Notes: generated from the sequence alone by a model not told the origin. Shown: positions 10,774 to 21,773, counted from the first letter of the stretch. The stretch is 64,000 nucleotides of DNA from Tepidisphaera sp. (GCA_050916045.1 CP051526.1:1344001-1408000); one strand, 5' to 3'. Program-made: numbers and translations.

Positions 10774-13700
10774 CTACTTGTCCTTCTCCTCGATCCCCAT
10801 GCCCTTGCGGTACGTGGGGCTCGCGGGCCGCTTGGGCGGCACGTACGGGTTGGTCTTGATCGCGTTCATCATCTCTTCGATCGCGCGGTCAAGCTGCGGG
10901 TCGGCTCCGCCCACCATCTTCGACGGGTCATCCACCACCACGATGTCCGGGTCCGTGCCGTGGCCTTCCACGCCCCACGTTCCGTCCGTCTCGTAGAACC
11001 CGAACGTCGGCGCCGAGATCGACCCGCCGTCGATCATCTGCGCGTTCCCCGAGATCCCAACCAAGCCGCCCCACGTCCGCGTCCCGATCACCGGGCCGAG
11101 CTTGTTGTGCTTGAAGAGCCAGGGGAACATGTCCCCGCCCGACCCCGCAAGCCCGTTCACAAGCATCGCTTTGTGCCCGAAGAACGCGTCCGGCGGCCAC
11201 GGCCAGTCGTTCCCGTCGCGGCGAGCCCAGTAGTTCGTCGCCGGACGATTGAGAAGCTCGATGAACCGCGTCGGGATCTGCCCGCCGCCGTTCCACCGCT
11301 CATCGATGATGAGCGCATCCTTCCCGCGCTGGCCGAAGTACTGGCGGTACAGGTCGTTCTGGCCATCCACGCCCGTGTTGGGAACGTAGATGTACCCGAT
11401 CTTCCCGCCCGACTTCTCCTCGACGTACGCACGCTTGCCCTCGATCCAGGCGCGGTACCGAAGGTTGCTCTCGCTCCCGATCGCCTGCACGATCACCTCA
11501 CGCTCCTTGCCGTCCATCGTCGGCGAAGCGTTGAGCGTCAGGGCCACGATCTTGCCCTGCATCCCCAGGAACGAAGCGTAAATGTCCTTCGTCACATCCA
11601 CCGGGATGCCGTTGACCGCGAGGATGTAGTCCCCGACCTTGGCATCAACGCCCGGCTCGGACAACGGACCGCGAGCATCCGCATCCCACGGCCCGCCGCC
11701 GATGATCCGCGAGATCTTGTACGCCGGCGGCGTCACCGTCGTGTCAAGCGTGAAGTCCGCGCCGAGCATGCCCGCCTGGCCGCCCGAGGGCTGCTGCTCG
11801 ACATCGCCGGGCCCGTTGAGGTACGCGTGGCCGACGTTGAGCTCGGAGATCATCTCGGAGATGATCCAGTTCACATCCTCGCGGCTGGCGGCGTCCGCCA
11901 CCATCGCGCCGTAGTGCTTCTTCATCGCGGGCCAGTCCACGCCGTGCATCGTCGGCTCGTAGTACCAGTCGCGCATGATGCGCCACGCATCGGTGAAGAT
12001 CTGGTTCCATTCATCCCGCGGGTCGATCGTCATCGTCATCCCCGCGGTGGACACGGTCTGGGCTTTCCCGCCGCCCGCGGAGGCATCCACGATGCTGATG
12101 CTGCTGCCGCGGACGATGAGGATCTTCTTCCCGTCGGCCGTAAGCTGCCACCCGCCGCCGCCGGTGATCGACTCCTCCTTGGGCTCATCGGCCTTGTAGT
12201 CGTAGATCTTGAGGCCGCTCTCGCGGGCCCCGCCGCGCGAGGATGTCCGCGTGTAGACAAGCTTGTCGCCGTCCGCGACCGCCATCCAGCCGAAGGAACC
12301 CGGCGCGATGTCCAGGCGGATCGACCGGGCCTCGAGCCCGTCAAAGTCGATCTTGACCTCCTTCGCGTCATCCTTCTTCTCGTCCTTCTTCTCTTCCTTG
12401 GCGGCCGCGCCGCCCTTGTCGGCCGCTTTGGAACGCGTCGCGTTCCACTCGCCCGTCATCGGGTTGCCGCCGGGGCCAGCGCCCGACCAGGTCCCCTTCG
12501 CGTCCGCTCCGGAGATGGTCCCCTTCATCGAGATCTTGGCGCCGTTGACGTCGAACTCGAGCGAAAGCTCGCCCGTGTTCTTGTCGAACGTCCCGGAGAT
12601 CGATCCGCCGCCCATCACCGTCGAGATCGAGCCCGAGACCTTCTCGCCCTCCAAGCTCAGATTCAGCGTCAGCGGCAGCCCACCGGCAAGCTCGGGGATG
12701 TTCCCCTTCACCGTGCCGGTCCAGGTTCCCGAAACGCCATCGTCGGCCGCGGCCTTCGTCTCGGCGGGCTTGGCGTCCGCGGGCTTGGCGTCCGACGGCT
12801 TGGCCTCGTCCTTCTTGTCTTCCTTCTTGTCGTCCTTCTTCTCTTCCTTCTTCTTTTCGTCCTTCTTGTACCGCTCCTCGTCGTTGGACTCAAGCCCAGG
12901 GCTCTTGACGTCCTTGCGGAGCGGCGCCATCAGGATCACTTCGCTGTTGTTGTACGCGTACGTCGTGTCCAGGTCGGAATAGACCGGGTTGTCCACCGCC
13001 ATCTGCGACCGGTAGAAGAGGAAATCGCCCTTGCGATCAAACGCCGGCGAGCTCGCGTCGAACATCCCCGCCGTCACCCGGTGCTTCTCACCGGTCTTGA
13101 CATCCATGATCCAGATCACGCCGACGTTGGTCTTCTCATCGCCGCGACGGTACGCGATCCACTTGCTGTCCGAAGACCAGCTCACGCCGATCCCGCCCAT
13201 CCACGGATCCTTGTCGATCTCCTTGAGCTCGCTCCACACCCCGTCATCGTTCGCCGACGCGAGGTAAAGCCGGCCGTTCTGATCCGTGCACGCGATGTGC
13301 TTGCTGTCCGGCGACCACTGCGGATTCGTGCGGAACCCGGCGCCCAGGCTCGAGATCTTCTTTGGCTCGACCTTCGCGGGCTTGGCTTCGGGAGCGTCAT
13401 CCTTCGTGACCTCGTCCTTGGCTTCCGCTTTCTTGTCGTCCTTCTTCTCATCCTTCTTCTCTTCCGGCGGACGGGCGTCCGACGGCCGGAGGTAAAGCTC
13501 ATTCTCGCCCGATTCATCCGAGAAGTACGCGATCCACTTCCCGTCCGGGCTCCACGACGGATCACGCTCCGCCACGCCGTCCGTCCGCGTCAGCGCCCGG
13601 ATGTACCCTTCCTTGACCGGCGCGGTGAACAGGTCGCCGCGAGCCTCGATCACCACGCGCTTGGCCCCCGGCCCGATCGACGCGCCCGAGATGTACGACG

Positions 13701-14718
13701 AAGCATCAACCGTCCGCGTCCGAAGCTTCGGCCGCGCCCCGGGTACCGTCACCTTCACCTCGGCCGACTGCTTGGTCCCGAGGTTCAGAAGCATCAGCTT
13801 GGCACCAAGCTGGAAAACGATCTCGCCCTTCCCATCCCCGCCCGGGCCCACCGACGGCCACCGGACATCATCATCCTTGAACGTCGTCACCTGCGTCCGC
13901 GCCCCGCTCTTCACATCAAACGACCAGATGTTCAGCCGGTGCTCCGGACCGTTGTCCGACAGGTAGTACACCACCGACCCGTCCCCGCCCGGCACCCACA
14001 TCGGAAGCGTGTCCGTCCCCTCCCAGTCCGTGATCTGCCGTGCCGCGTTCGTCTTCAGGTTGTAAAGCCAGATGTCCGTCGCCATCCCGCCCCGGTACCG
14101 CTTCCACGTCCGCGTGTCCGTCGAGTGCGGCGTATACGCAAGCCACTCCCCGCTCGGCGAGATCGACCCAAACCCCGAATACGGCACCGGCAGCGCCGAA
14201 TACGCCCCGCCCTCGACAGGCACCGTGAACGCCTGCGTCTGACGACCCAAGCCCGCCAGACCGTTCGTCAGGAAGTGAAGCCCCTTCCCATCCGGCGTCC
14301 AGTCGCAAAGCAGCTCGCCTCCCGGGTGATACGTCACCCGGTTCGGAATCCCGCCCGCCACGCCGATCGTGTACAGGTCCCGCCCGCCGTCATAGTTCCC
14401 CACAAACGAGATCGTCGAACCGTCCGGGCTAAACCGCGGGAAGTTCTCCGCGCCCGGCGGGCTCGCAAGCGGGCTCGCCTGCCCGCCCGCTTTCGGCACC
14501 ACCCACAGGTCATTCGCATACGAAAACACGATGTGCGTCGCCGACACATCCGGCCAGCGAAGCATCGCCGCGTTCGGAGACACCTGCGCCGCCTGAGGCT
14601 GCGTCGGAGCCTCCGCCATCGCCGCAAGCGGCAGCCCGCAGCACGCCAGAAGCGCCAGCGGACGGAACGTCGATTTCTTCGCACCGACCGACCCAAAAGA
14701 CGAGGAGCGATGATTCAA
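10774..14718 (-). CDS. Tricorn-like S41 protease (PD40 propellers, PDZ, S41 domain)
   Basis: Signal peptide; WKRYRGG; YIYVPNT; IIDERWNGGG; AGSGGD; GTRTWGGLVG; VEGHGTDPDI. Confidence 0.95.
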   Translation of the reverse strand: MNHRSSSFGSVGAKKSTFRPLALLACCGLPLAAMAEAPTQPQAAQVSPNAAMLRWPDVSATHIVFSYANDLWVVPKAGGQASPLASPPGAENFPRFSPDGSTISFVGNYDGGRDLYTIGVAGGIPNRVTYHPGGELLCDWTPDGKGLHFLTNGLAGLGRQTQAFTVPVEGGAYSALPVPYSGFGSISPSGEWLAYTPHSTDTRTWKRYRGGMATDIWLYNLKTNAARQITDWEGTDTLPMWVPGGDGSVVYYLSDNGPEHRLNIWSFDVKSGARTQVTTFKDDDVRWPSVGPGGDGKGEIVFQLGAKLMLLNLGTKQSAEVKVTVPGARPKLRTRTVDASSYISGASIGPGAKRVVIEARGDLFTAPVKEGYIRALTRTDGVAERDPSWSPDGKWIAYFSDESGENELYLRPSDARPPEEKKDEKKDDKKAEAKDEVTKDDAPEAKPAKVEPKKISSLGAGFRTNPQWSPDSKHIACTDQNGRLYLASANDDGVWSELKEIDKDPWMGGIGVSWSSDSKWIAYRRGDEKTNVGVIWIMDVKTGEKHRVTAGMFDASSPAFDRKGDFLFYRSQMAVDNPVYSDLDTTYAYNNSEVILMAPLRKDVKSPGLESNDEERYKKDEKKKEEKKDDKKEDKKDEAKPSDAKPADAKPAETKAAADDGVSGTWTGTVKGNIPELAGGLPLTLNLSLEGEKVSGSISTVMGGGSISGTFDKNTGELSLEFDVNGAKISMKGTISGADAKGTWSGAGPGGNPMTGEWNATRSKAADKGGAAAKEEKKDEKKDDAKEVKIDFDGLEARSIRLDIAPGSFGWMAVADGDKLVYTRTSSRGGARESGLKIYDYKADEPKEESITGGGGWQLTADGKKILIVRGSSISIVDASAGGGKAQTVSTAGMTMTIDPRDEWNQIFTDAWRIMRDWYYEPTMHGVDWPAMKKHYGAMVADAASREDVNWIISEMISELNVGHAYLNGPGDVEQQPSGGQAGMLGADFTLDTTVTPPAYKISRIIGGGPWDADARGPLSEPGVDAKVGDYILAVNGIPVDVTKDIYASFLGMQGKIVALTLNASPTMDGKEREVIVQAIGSESNLRYRAWIEGKRAYVEEKSGGKIGYIYVPNTGVDGQNDLYRQYFGQRGKDALIIDERWNGGGQIPTRFIELLNRPATNYWARRDGNDWPWPPDAFFGHKAMLVNGLAGSGGDMFPWLFKHNKLGPVIGTRTWGGLVGISGNAQMIDGGSISAPTFGFYETDGTWGVEGHGTDPDIVVVDDPSKMVGGADPQLDRAIEEMMNAIKTNPYVPPKRPASPTYRKGMGIEEKDK

Positions 14719-14933
14719 GTCTGATCTCCAAACCCGCCACCATCCCGTTCCGGACCCGTCGACCGAGCGTCCGTGCCCATCCGCCGGGGAACCAGCCCGG
14801 CCGGTTTGGGGGGAACAGTGGGGGGCTCAAGTGTACCGACCACCGCCCCGTTCGGTTTCCCCAAACGCTCACTTTGGCTCCCTTCGCCACCTCCCGCCGC
14901 GACCCCACCGCCCGCACCGCACCCTCCCGGAAC

Positions 14934-14966
14934 AAAAAAACGCCGCGACCCCTCGGCCGCGGCGTC
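14934..14966 (-). terminator. intrinsic terminator
   Basis: ACGCCGCG-N10-CGCGGCGT hairpin with T7 tract on the minus strand. Confidence 0.75.
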
Positions 14967-14991
14967 CTGGCGTGACGCAAAAGGCCTGTTG

Positions 14992-16431
14992 TCAGAGGCT
15001 ACAGACGACTCCTTCGCCATCTGAGCATGGCAACCCCTCCTCGTACAGGAACACAAACAAGTCGTAGTCGAAGAAGTCTACAAACCCATCGGCGTTGAGA
15101 TCAGCCACGCAATCTCCGGCCTCGAAAACACCGATGAAGAAATCTAAGTCAAAGAAATCGACGAATCCGTCTCGTACGAAATCAATCATGAAATCGCACA
15201 TCAAAGACTCGGCCTCACCCTGCGTAATCGTGCCATCCTGGTCTACGTCTACGCTCGCGATGTAGTTGCACTCGTCGTCGGTACTCGATCCGATGCTGCG
15301 TGCAAGTAGCGCCAGATCTTTCGCGTCGATGACGCCGTCGGGAATGCTCCCGACACCCTCGTGTGTGCACTCGCCGACATCGAGCAAGCACTCGTTGGTC
15401 TCGCCAAGGCCTGCGACGTCGTTTCCTGATCCTCCTTGAAGCGTCACGTTGAACGTGACACGCCACTGGCCAGGAGTAACCTCGAACTCAATCACGACTT
15501 CTCCCGGATTATCAATAGGGTTGTTCTCATGAAAATTACTACAGTCGGCAACCGAGACCAGTAATGATCCGACGCTAGGGCAGACACAAGAAGATCCACC
15601 GGTCGCTGTTTCTTGAGTGCGATAAGTCACGATGGTGCCGCCGGCACCCGGTGAGCCGGGCACTGACCATTCGGTGCCGACAATTGTGAATTCTCGTTCG
15701 CAGATACATCCATCCGGTGACTGGATGGTGATCCGATGTCGAAGCCGGGCGACACGGGAGAGGCGAGGTGCGACGCAGTCGCTGTACACGCCTCCTGGCT
15801 GCGGGTTTCCACTGTACTGCATTCTACTCGAAAGACGCAGCGTGCGCGGGCCTTCGAACTCGTCAAATGTCCAGCATAGCGATCCCTTATTGCAGAAAAT
15901 GGCGGCGCTGTCCGCGATCATGAGTGCACCGTCACTGCAGTTGATGCTCACCTCCGTTCCCGCCAGTGCTCGATGAAACAAACTTCCAGATGAAGAGCTT
16001 CTAAAGTCTCCGACAACTCCCACTAACGATTGTCCAACTGGTGGAACTGTGCACTGTACTCTGCTTGAACATGGGAAAGAAGTGGCAAACATGTTGACGA
16101 TGGAATTGTTGGGATCCCCGCACGTGACACCCTCGTTCGCCAGAAAGGGGGGCGGATCGGTTGTCCCGGTTGGTGCGCATGTAGTCACGCCGTTAACGGT
16201 CGTGAGCATTCTCAGTCGCGCGTCCGCAGACAAGTTCGACAGAAATCCGCCAGAAACCAAGGGAGGAGATCCGCTCGGAAAACTGTAGTTGAAGTAGCCC
16301 GTGACTTCACCGCCGACTGCATTCTCTGAGTGCGGCTGGCCCAAACTCATGCTGGGTGCTTGGGCAAGAATGGTCAGCACAATTGGCGAAATAGCGCGGA
16401 GAACCGTGTGGGTGACATGGTGTGATCTCAT
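14992..16431 (-). CDS. secreted Cys-rich protein with C-terminal dockerin/EF-hand-like repeats
   Basis: Signal-like N-terminus from ATG 16431; DFVRDGFVDFFD...ADLNADGFVDFFDY; visibly lower GC. Confidence 0.7.
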   Translation of the reverse strand: MRSHHVTHTVLRAISPIVLTILAQAPSMSLGQPHSENAVGGEVTGYFNYSFPSGSPPLVSGGFLSNLSADARLRMLTTVNGVTTCAPTGTTDPPPFLANEGVTCGDPNNSIVNMFATSFPCSSRVQCTVPPVGQSLVGVVGDFRSSSSGSLFHRALAGTEVSINCSDGALMIADSAAIFCNKGSLCWTFDEFEGPRTLRLSSRMQYSGNPQPGGVYSDCVAPRLSRVARLRHRITIQSPDGCICEREFTIVGTEWSVPGSPGAGGTIVTYRTQETATGGSSCVCPSVGSLLVSVADCSNFHENNPIDNPGEVVIEFEVTPGQWRVTFNVTLQGGSGNDVAGLGETNECLLDVGECTHEGVGSIPDGVIDAKDLALLARSIGSSTDDECNYIASVDVDQDGTITQGEAESLMCDFMIDFVRDGFVDFFDLDFFIGVFEAGDCVADLNADGFVDFFDYDLFVFLYEEGLPCSDGEGVVCSL

Positions 16432-16496
16432 GTGCTTTCTCCATAAATATATGCCAGATGTCACTGTCGTGGGTGGAAACTCCATGACTGACATTA

Positions 16497-17411
16497 TTAA
16501 TTCGGAATCCGCAGATCGTCAAAGACCACCGTGTACGCTTCGTTCTTGAACGCCTCGGTCGTCCGTCCCGGAATGATCTTGATGTATCCCGCGTGTCCGT
16601 CCATGAACCCGAGGACGCTCCGGTTCGGATCCCCGTACCCGTTCTTGAGCACGTAGTTCGGATCGTTGTTGTAGATGATGATGTCCGCGTATTCGTCCCA
16701 GATCCACGCGAACCGTGACGTTACGAATGAGTCCGCCAGTTGTAGCCGTTTCGTACCCTTGTTGAAAAGTGCGGCGTTCGCCCCCATATTTGGATCAATC
16801 TGCTGGTACCACTTTACCTGCCACTGGTACGAGATCCCGATGCTGTCAAAGCACGTGCGGCCCGACGGGTTCGGACGCGGCCAGCTCTCCTGGTGGCCGA
16901 TCACGTCGCTCGGATCCTTGAACACCTTCAGCTTCAGGTTTGTCCGGTTCTCATCCTGCGCCGGCATGCGAGCGTTCGGATTCCCCGGTGTCGCCGGATC
17001 ATAGAACTTGATCTCAGGATAGACGTACTGATTCAGCGGGCGATCCACTGCAAGCACATCAAAGGCGCCTCCACTTACTCCATACCAAAACCCGCTCGCG
17101 TTACCGCCGGCGAAGCTCCACGTGCACCACCCGAACACGTTCTGATTCGGCGTGTTTGGATTCACCGGTCGAGTCCGTGAACGACCGTTGTGCGTGTAAG
17201 TCAACGTAATCGGCATGTAGGCCTTGTTGTCCGCTTGGTACATATTCGTCGAGTTGTTGATCGACTTCACGTTCGATGTGGAGATCGTGATCTGCGCCAC
17301 CTTCCGCGCCTTCCCAAGCGCCGGCAAAAGCAGCGAAATCAACAGCGCGATGATCGCAATCACCACCAGCAATTCAATCAATGTGAATCCGCGGCCCAAG
17401 ACCTTTTTCAT
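16497..17411 (-). CDS. prepilin-type N-terminal cleavage/methylation domain protein
   Basis: [22 protein letters not shown]-terminal [15 protein letters not shown] upstream. Confidence 0.9.
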   Translation of the reverse strand: MKKVLGRGFTLIELLVVIAIIALLISLLLPALGKARKVAQITISTSNVKSINNSTNMYQADNKAYMPITLTYTHNGRSRTRPVNPNTPNQNVFGWCTWSFAGGNASGFWYGVSGGAFDVLAVDRPLNQYVYPEIKFYDPATPGNPNARMPAQDENRTNLKLKVFKDPSDVIGHQESWPRPNPSGRTCFDSIGISYQWQVKWYQQIDPNMGANAALFNKGTKRLQLADSFVTSRFAWIWDEYADIIIYNNDPNYVLKNGYGDPNRSVLGFMDGHAGYIKIIPGRTTEAFKNEAYTVVFDDLRIPN

Positions 17412-17606
17412 CCGAGCACTCCTTTCAGCCGCTCGCAAACCGCAAGCGGACCCGACGAACCTCGTGGCGAACGGATCCGCGAACGGGACCCGAGAGACGG
17501 CCACGACGCGAGTCTACCAGACTCCCCTCCCCGCCGCACGCCCTTTTTTTGACCCCCTCGGCAGAACATCCCCTCACCCCCGCCCGCCCACGCAGTACCA
17601 TCCGCC

Positions 17607-19169
17607 ATGGGCCGCCTCCCCTTTGATCCAGGCAAGACCGCCGCCGCCCGCCGCGCCGCCGAGGAAGCCGCCTCCGCCCCGCCGCCCCGGGACGGGTCTC
17701 TTCTCGGTGCCCCGACTCCCCGAGCCGGCTCCTCCCCCGACAACGACGCCCGTCTCACCGTCTCCCAGCTCGCGGACCGCATCGAAAACGCCCTCAAATC
17801 CGGCTTCCCCTCGCGCGTCCGCGTCGTCGGCGAAATCTCCAACTTCACCGACCGCACCCACTGGTACTTCGACCTCAAGGACGCCGCCGCCGTCGTCAAC
17901 TGCGTCATGTTCGCCGCCCCCGCCCGCAAGGTCGCAAGCCTCGGCATCCGCCCCCAGCAGGGCATGCAGGTCGTCGTCGGCGGCCGCGTCGAGTACTACG
18001 CCAAAGGCGGCCGCATCAGCATCCTCGTCGATTCCTTGGAACCCGTCGGCGTCGGTGCCCTCGACCTGGCTTTCCGCCAGCTCTGCGATGAGCTCAAAGC
18101 CCTCGGCTACTTCGCGATCGAACGCAAACGCCCCCTCCCCTTCTTCCCCCGCCGCATCGCCGTCGTCACCAGCCGCACCGGAGCCGCCCTCCAGGACGTC
18201 CTCAACACCGTCCGCCGCCGCTGCCCCGCCGTCAGCGTCGTCCTCGCCGATGTCCGCGTCCAGGGCGACGGTGCCGCTTCCGAAGTCGCTTCCGCCATCC
18301 AGACCATCGGCCGCACCCACGCCGATCTCGCCATCGACGCCGTCCTCGTCACCCGCGGCGGCGGAAGCAAGGAAGACCTCTGGACCTTCAACGAACGCAT
18401 CGTCGCCGACGCCATCCTCCGCTGCCCCATCCCCGTCGTCGCCGCCATCGGCCACGAAACCGACACCACCATCGCCGAACTCGTCGCCGATGAGCGCTGC
18501 GCCACCCCCACGCAAGCCGCCATGCGACTTACGCCCGAAATCCCCGCACTCCTCCGGCAGACCGAAAGCGTCCACCGCCGCCTCTCAACCACCCTCGAAA
18601 TCCGCCTCCGCCGCGCCCGCGACCGCGTCGACGCCGCTTCCAAGCACCTCCCCTCCGGCGTCCGCCTGCTCACCGAGAAACTCGGCCGCCGCACCGCCAA
18701 CCTCTCCGCCCGACTCGACCGTGCCCAGCCCTCCGCCATCCGCGCACGCATGGCCGGCAAGCTCGGCTCCCTCTCCGCCCGCCTCGACGCCGCACTCCGC
18801 CGACGCCTCGCTTCCCTCGACCTCACCCCCGTCGAATCCCGCCTCGCCCGCGCGATGAACCGCTACCTCGAAACCCGCGCCGACCGCATCGACGCCCTCG
18901 ACCGCCAGCTCGAACTCGTCGGCCCGCAAAAAGTCCTCGAACGCGGCTACACCCTGACCACAGATGCCACAGGCCGCCTCGTCCGCTCCGTCACCGCCGT
19001 CACCACCGGCGACCAGCTCACCACCCGCTTCGCCGACGGAAAGGTCGACTCGACGGTGGGGGGACAGACGCCCCCGCGCCTCATCCTCCCCCGCAAGCCC
19101 GGCCGCACCCGCAGGCCCGGCGACCAGCCCCCCGTCGACCCCGACCAATTGGACCTCTTCCTCCGCTGA
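17607..19169 (+). CDS. xseA: exodeoxyribonuclease VII large subunit
   Basis: VVGEISNF..HWYFDLKD, VTSRTGAALQD, RGGGSKEDLWTFNE, AIGHETD, TPTQAA, VLERGY. Confidence 0.97.
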   Translation: MGRLPFDPGKTAAARRAAEEAASAPPPRDGSLLGAPTPRAGSSPDNDARLTVSQLADRIENALKSGFPSRVRVVGEISNFTDRTHWYFDLKDAAAVVNCVMFAAPARKVASLGIRPQQGMQVVVGGRVEYYAKGGRISILVDSLEPVGVGALDLAFRQLCDELKALGYFAIERKRPLPFFPRRIAVVTSRTGAALQDVLNTVRRRCPAVSVVLADVRVQGDGAASEVASAIQTIGRTHADLAIDAVLVTRGGGSKEDLWTFNERIVADAILRCPIPVVAAIGHETDTTIAELVADERCATPTQAAMRLTPEIPALLRQTESVHRRLSTTLEIRLRRARDRVDAASKHLPSGVRLLTEKLGRRTANLSARLDRAQPSAIRARMAGKLGSLSARLDAALRRRLASLDLTPVESRLARAMNRYLETRADRIDALDRQLELVGPQKVLERGYTLTTDATGRLVRSVTAVTTGDQLTTRFADGKVDSTVGGQTPPRLILPRKPGRTRRPGDQPPVDPDQLDLFLR

Positions 19170-19183
19170 CGGTACCGTCTCAC

Positions 19184-19462
19184 ATGCCCCCGACTCCCTC
19201 CCCTATCCCGCCCAAACCCGACGGCCTCACCTTCGAGCAAGCCATGGAGCAGCTCGAAGCCATCGTCGAACGCGTCGAAGGCGGCCAGGTCGGCCTCGAG
19301 CAAGCCCTCGCCGAATACGAACGCGGCGTCGGGCTCGTCAAACGCTGCCGCGAAGTCCTCCAGCGGGCCGAACTCAGGGTCGAGGAGCTCAACTCACTCA
19401 TCGCCCGAGAATCTCCCCCATCCTCAAGCCGAAACGCCGAAGAAAGCGAAGAGGAGCCGTAA
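19184..19462 (+). CDS. xseB: exodeoxyribonuclease VII small subunit
   Basis: TFEQAMEQLEAIVERVE...LEQALAEYERG; follows xseA. Confidence 0.95.
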   Translation: MPPTPSPIPPKPDGLTFEQAMEQLEAIVERVEGGQVGLEQALAEYERGVGLVKRCREVLQRAELRVEELNSLIARESPPSSSRNAEESEEEP

Positions 19463-19546
19463 GCCGCCGATCGCCGATAGTCCTCCTTTGATCCCCCCAA
19501 ATCCCTCCAGATTCCGGCACGGACCGCCGGAGCACCCAAGGACGAC

Positions 19547-21007
19547 ATGACCAGGGACCCGGTTGAAAGTCTTGAAATGTGGGCACGGATCATCCAGACC
19601 GGCTTCGTCTTCGCATTCGGTGCATGCGCCGGCTCCCTCATCAACGTCCTCGCCTACCGCATGCCCCTCGGGCTCAGCGTCGTTCACCCTCCAAGCCGCT
19701 GCCCCAGCTGCCACACCAAGCTCACCTGGCGCGAGAACATCCCCATCTTCGGCTGGCTCCTCCTCCGAGGAAAGTGCCGCTTCTGCCGAAGCAGCATCTC
19801 CCCCGAATACCCCATCGTCGAAGCTTTCGTCGCGACCCTCTTCGCGCTCTTCTACATCCTCTGGTACCTCCTCCCGCCGCACGGCCTCTACCCCACCCAC
19901 CAGCCCGCCGTCTGGCTCGGATTTGATTGGTCCACGCTCAAGCCCGACTGGGCGATCGGCGGCTTCTCCGCTGGCTGGCCCCTCTTCGTCATGACCCTCA
20001 TCATGGTGGGCTCGCTCGTCGCGATGACCCTCTGCGATGCGCGGACCTACATGATCCCGCTCCAACTCGCGTGGGCACCCGGCATCGTCGGCGTCATCGC
20101 CCACACCGGCTGGGCCCTCTGGCTCCAACTTCAGAACCGCACCCTCGTCAAGGTCGAACCCGGCTGGACCTGGGCCCTGGCTTCGCCCGGAGCAACCCCC
20201 GCCGGCGGTGGATGGTGGATGGTCGGAGCGTCCTTCGGCGGCGTCCTCGGCCTTCTGATCGGAAACGCCCTCGTCTCTTATGGCCTCATCCGCCGCAGCT
20301 TCGCCGACTACCAAGCCTGGGAAGACTCCGTCCGCCCCAAGCCCAAGCCCGTCCCGGGAATCTGCGGCGCCCCGCCCCGGCCAGACCCAGATGCCACCCC
20401 CGCCGCAGCCGAGCAGCCCGCCACGCCCGCCCCCAAAGCGGACGCCACCCCGGCCGATTTCTGGCTCGATTACCCCCACGCCCGCCGCGAGATGTTCAAG
20501 GAGCTCTGCTTCCTCGCCCCCGCAATCTCCCTCGCCATCATCGGCGGCTGGCTCGCCATGCAGTGGTGGGGCGGTCCGGCTCCCGGCCCCATCGCGGCAA
20601 GCCCACTCGCCGGCCTTGCCGCCGCCAACCCCATCCCTCTCTGGCTCGACGCCCTCACCGGCTCCCTCTTCGGCATGCTCATCGGCGGCGGCGTCGTCTG
20701 GCTCGTCCGCCTCCTCGGAAGCCTCGCGTTCGGCAAGGAAGCCCTCGGCCTCGGCGACGTCCATCTCATGGCCGGCGTCGGTGCCTGCCTCGGTTGGATC
20801 GACGCCACCTTCGCCTTCTTCGGCTCCGCTTTCGTCGGCCTCGCCATCACCCTCGCCGGCATGATCGTCCGCGGCAAAGCCAACCGCGCCCTGCCCCTTG
20901 GACCCTGCCTCGCCATCGCGACGATCCTCGTCGTGCTCGGCAAGGTCTTCATCGAACGCGGCATCGACCGGATCGCCCCGGCGCTGGCACCCTTCCACAT
21001 CCCCTAG
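19547..21007 (+). CDS. pilD: prepilin peptidase (A24) with long insertions
   Basis: GSLINVLAYRMP, SRCPSC, ENIPIFGWLLLRGKCRFC, LCD, GLGDV, PLGPCL. Confidence 0.9.
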   Translation: MTRDPVESLEMWARIIQTGFVFAFGACAGSLINVLAYRMPLGLSVVHPPSRCPSCHTKLTWRENIPIFGWLLLRGKCRFCRSSISPEYPIVEAFVATLFALFYILWYLLPPHGLYPTHQPAVWLGFDWSTLKPDWAIGGFSAGWPLFVMTLIMVGSLVAMTLCDARTYMIPLQLAWAPGIVGVIAHTGWALWLQLQNRTLVKVEPGWTWALASPGATPAGGGWWMVGASFGGVLGLLIGNALVSYGLIRRSFADYQAWEDSVRPKPKPVPGICGAPPRPDPDATPAAAEQPATPAPKADATPADFWLDYPHARREMFKELCFLAPAISLAIIGGWLAMQWWGGPAPGPIAASPLAGLAAANPIPLWLDALTGSLFGMLIGGGVVWLVRLLGSLAFGKEALGLGDVHLMAGVGACLGWIDATFAFFGSAFVGLAITLAGMIVRGKANRALPLGPCLAIATILVVLGKVFIERGIDRIAPALAPFHIP

Positions 21008-21170
21008 CGTGCAACCCCGCCCGGACTTGAAATAATCGCAAGATCATGGGCCCGGGTACGGGAAAATCGTCCGACGTGCCGATACACTGTGCGCGCGTCG
21101 GATGGAAAGTGCCGCGATGGATGCACGGCGACGACGCGAGCCCTCGAATCTCAACCCCCGGGAGGGAAAC

Positions 21171-21773
21171 ATGGCTGGTATGAAGTGGTCTCGTTGCGTC
21201 GGTCTGGTCGCTGTCCTCGGTCTCTCCGCTCTCCTGGGCGCCTGCGGTCCTTCCAAGACCGAGCTCGCCGCCCGCGAAGAAAACGAAATGCTCCGCGCCC
21301 AGAACGCGGAAATGTCCACCAAGGTCTCCGGCCTTGAGAGCAGCGTCAGCGCCCTCAACAGCAAGGTCGACACCCTCGCCGCCCGCCCCGTCGCCGAGCC
21401 CGGCCCCTCCGGCGGCAACAACTTTGACCGCCCAAACACGCCCTCCCGCGCCGAGCGCCGCGTCGACCTGGGCATCAACCTCTTCCCCTCGGGCTCTGAC
21501 CAGCTGACCCCCACCGGCAAGAAAGCCGTCGACTCGGCCGTCCGCAACATCTCCAAGGGCGCCAGCATCACCGTCGAAGGCTTCGCCGACTCGACCCCCA
21601 TCCGCAAGAGCAAGTTCGCCTCCAACCAGGCTCTCAGCGAAGCCCGGGCCAAGTCCGTCGCCGCCTATCTCCGCTCCAAGGGCTTCAGCATCGCCGACAC
21701 CGTCGGCTACGGCTCCGTCTCCCGCAACGGCAAAGCCCCCAGCCGCCGCGTCGAGCTCGTGGTCGCCGAGTAA
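21171..21773 (+). CDS. OmpA/MotB C-terminal domain lipoprotein
   Basis: LGAC lipobox, LFPSGS, VEGFADS, NQALSEARA, RRVE; GGAGGG RBS. Confidence 0.9.
   Translation: MAGMKWSRCVGLVAVLGLSALLGACGPSKTELAAREENEMLRAQNAEMSTKVSGLESSVSALNSKVDTLAARPVAEPGPSGGNNFDRPNTPSRAERRVDLGINLFPSGSDQLTPTGKKAVDSAVRNISKGASITVEGFADSTPIRKSKFASNQALSEARAKSVAAYLRSKGFSIADTVGYGSVSRNGKAPSRRVELVVAE

Noticed and set aside
10441..14724. 1427-aa plus-strand ORF
   Set aside because: Antisense shadow of tricorn protease; R/P-rich, typical of high-GC off-frames
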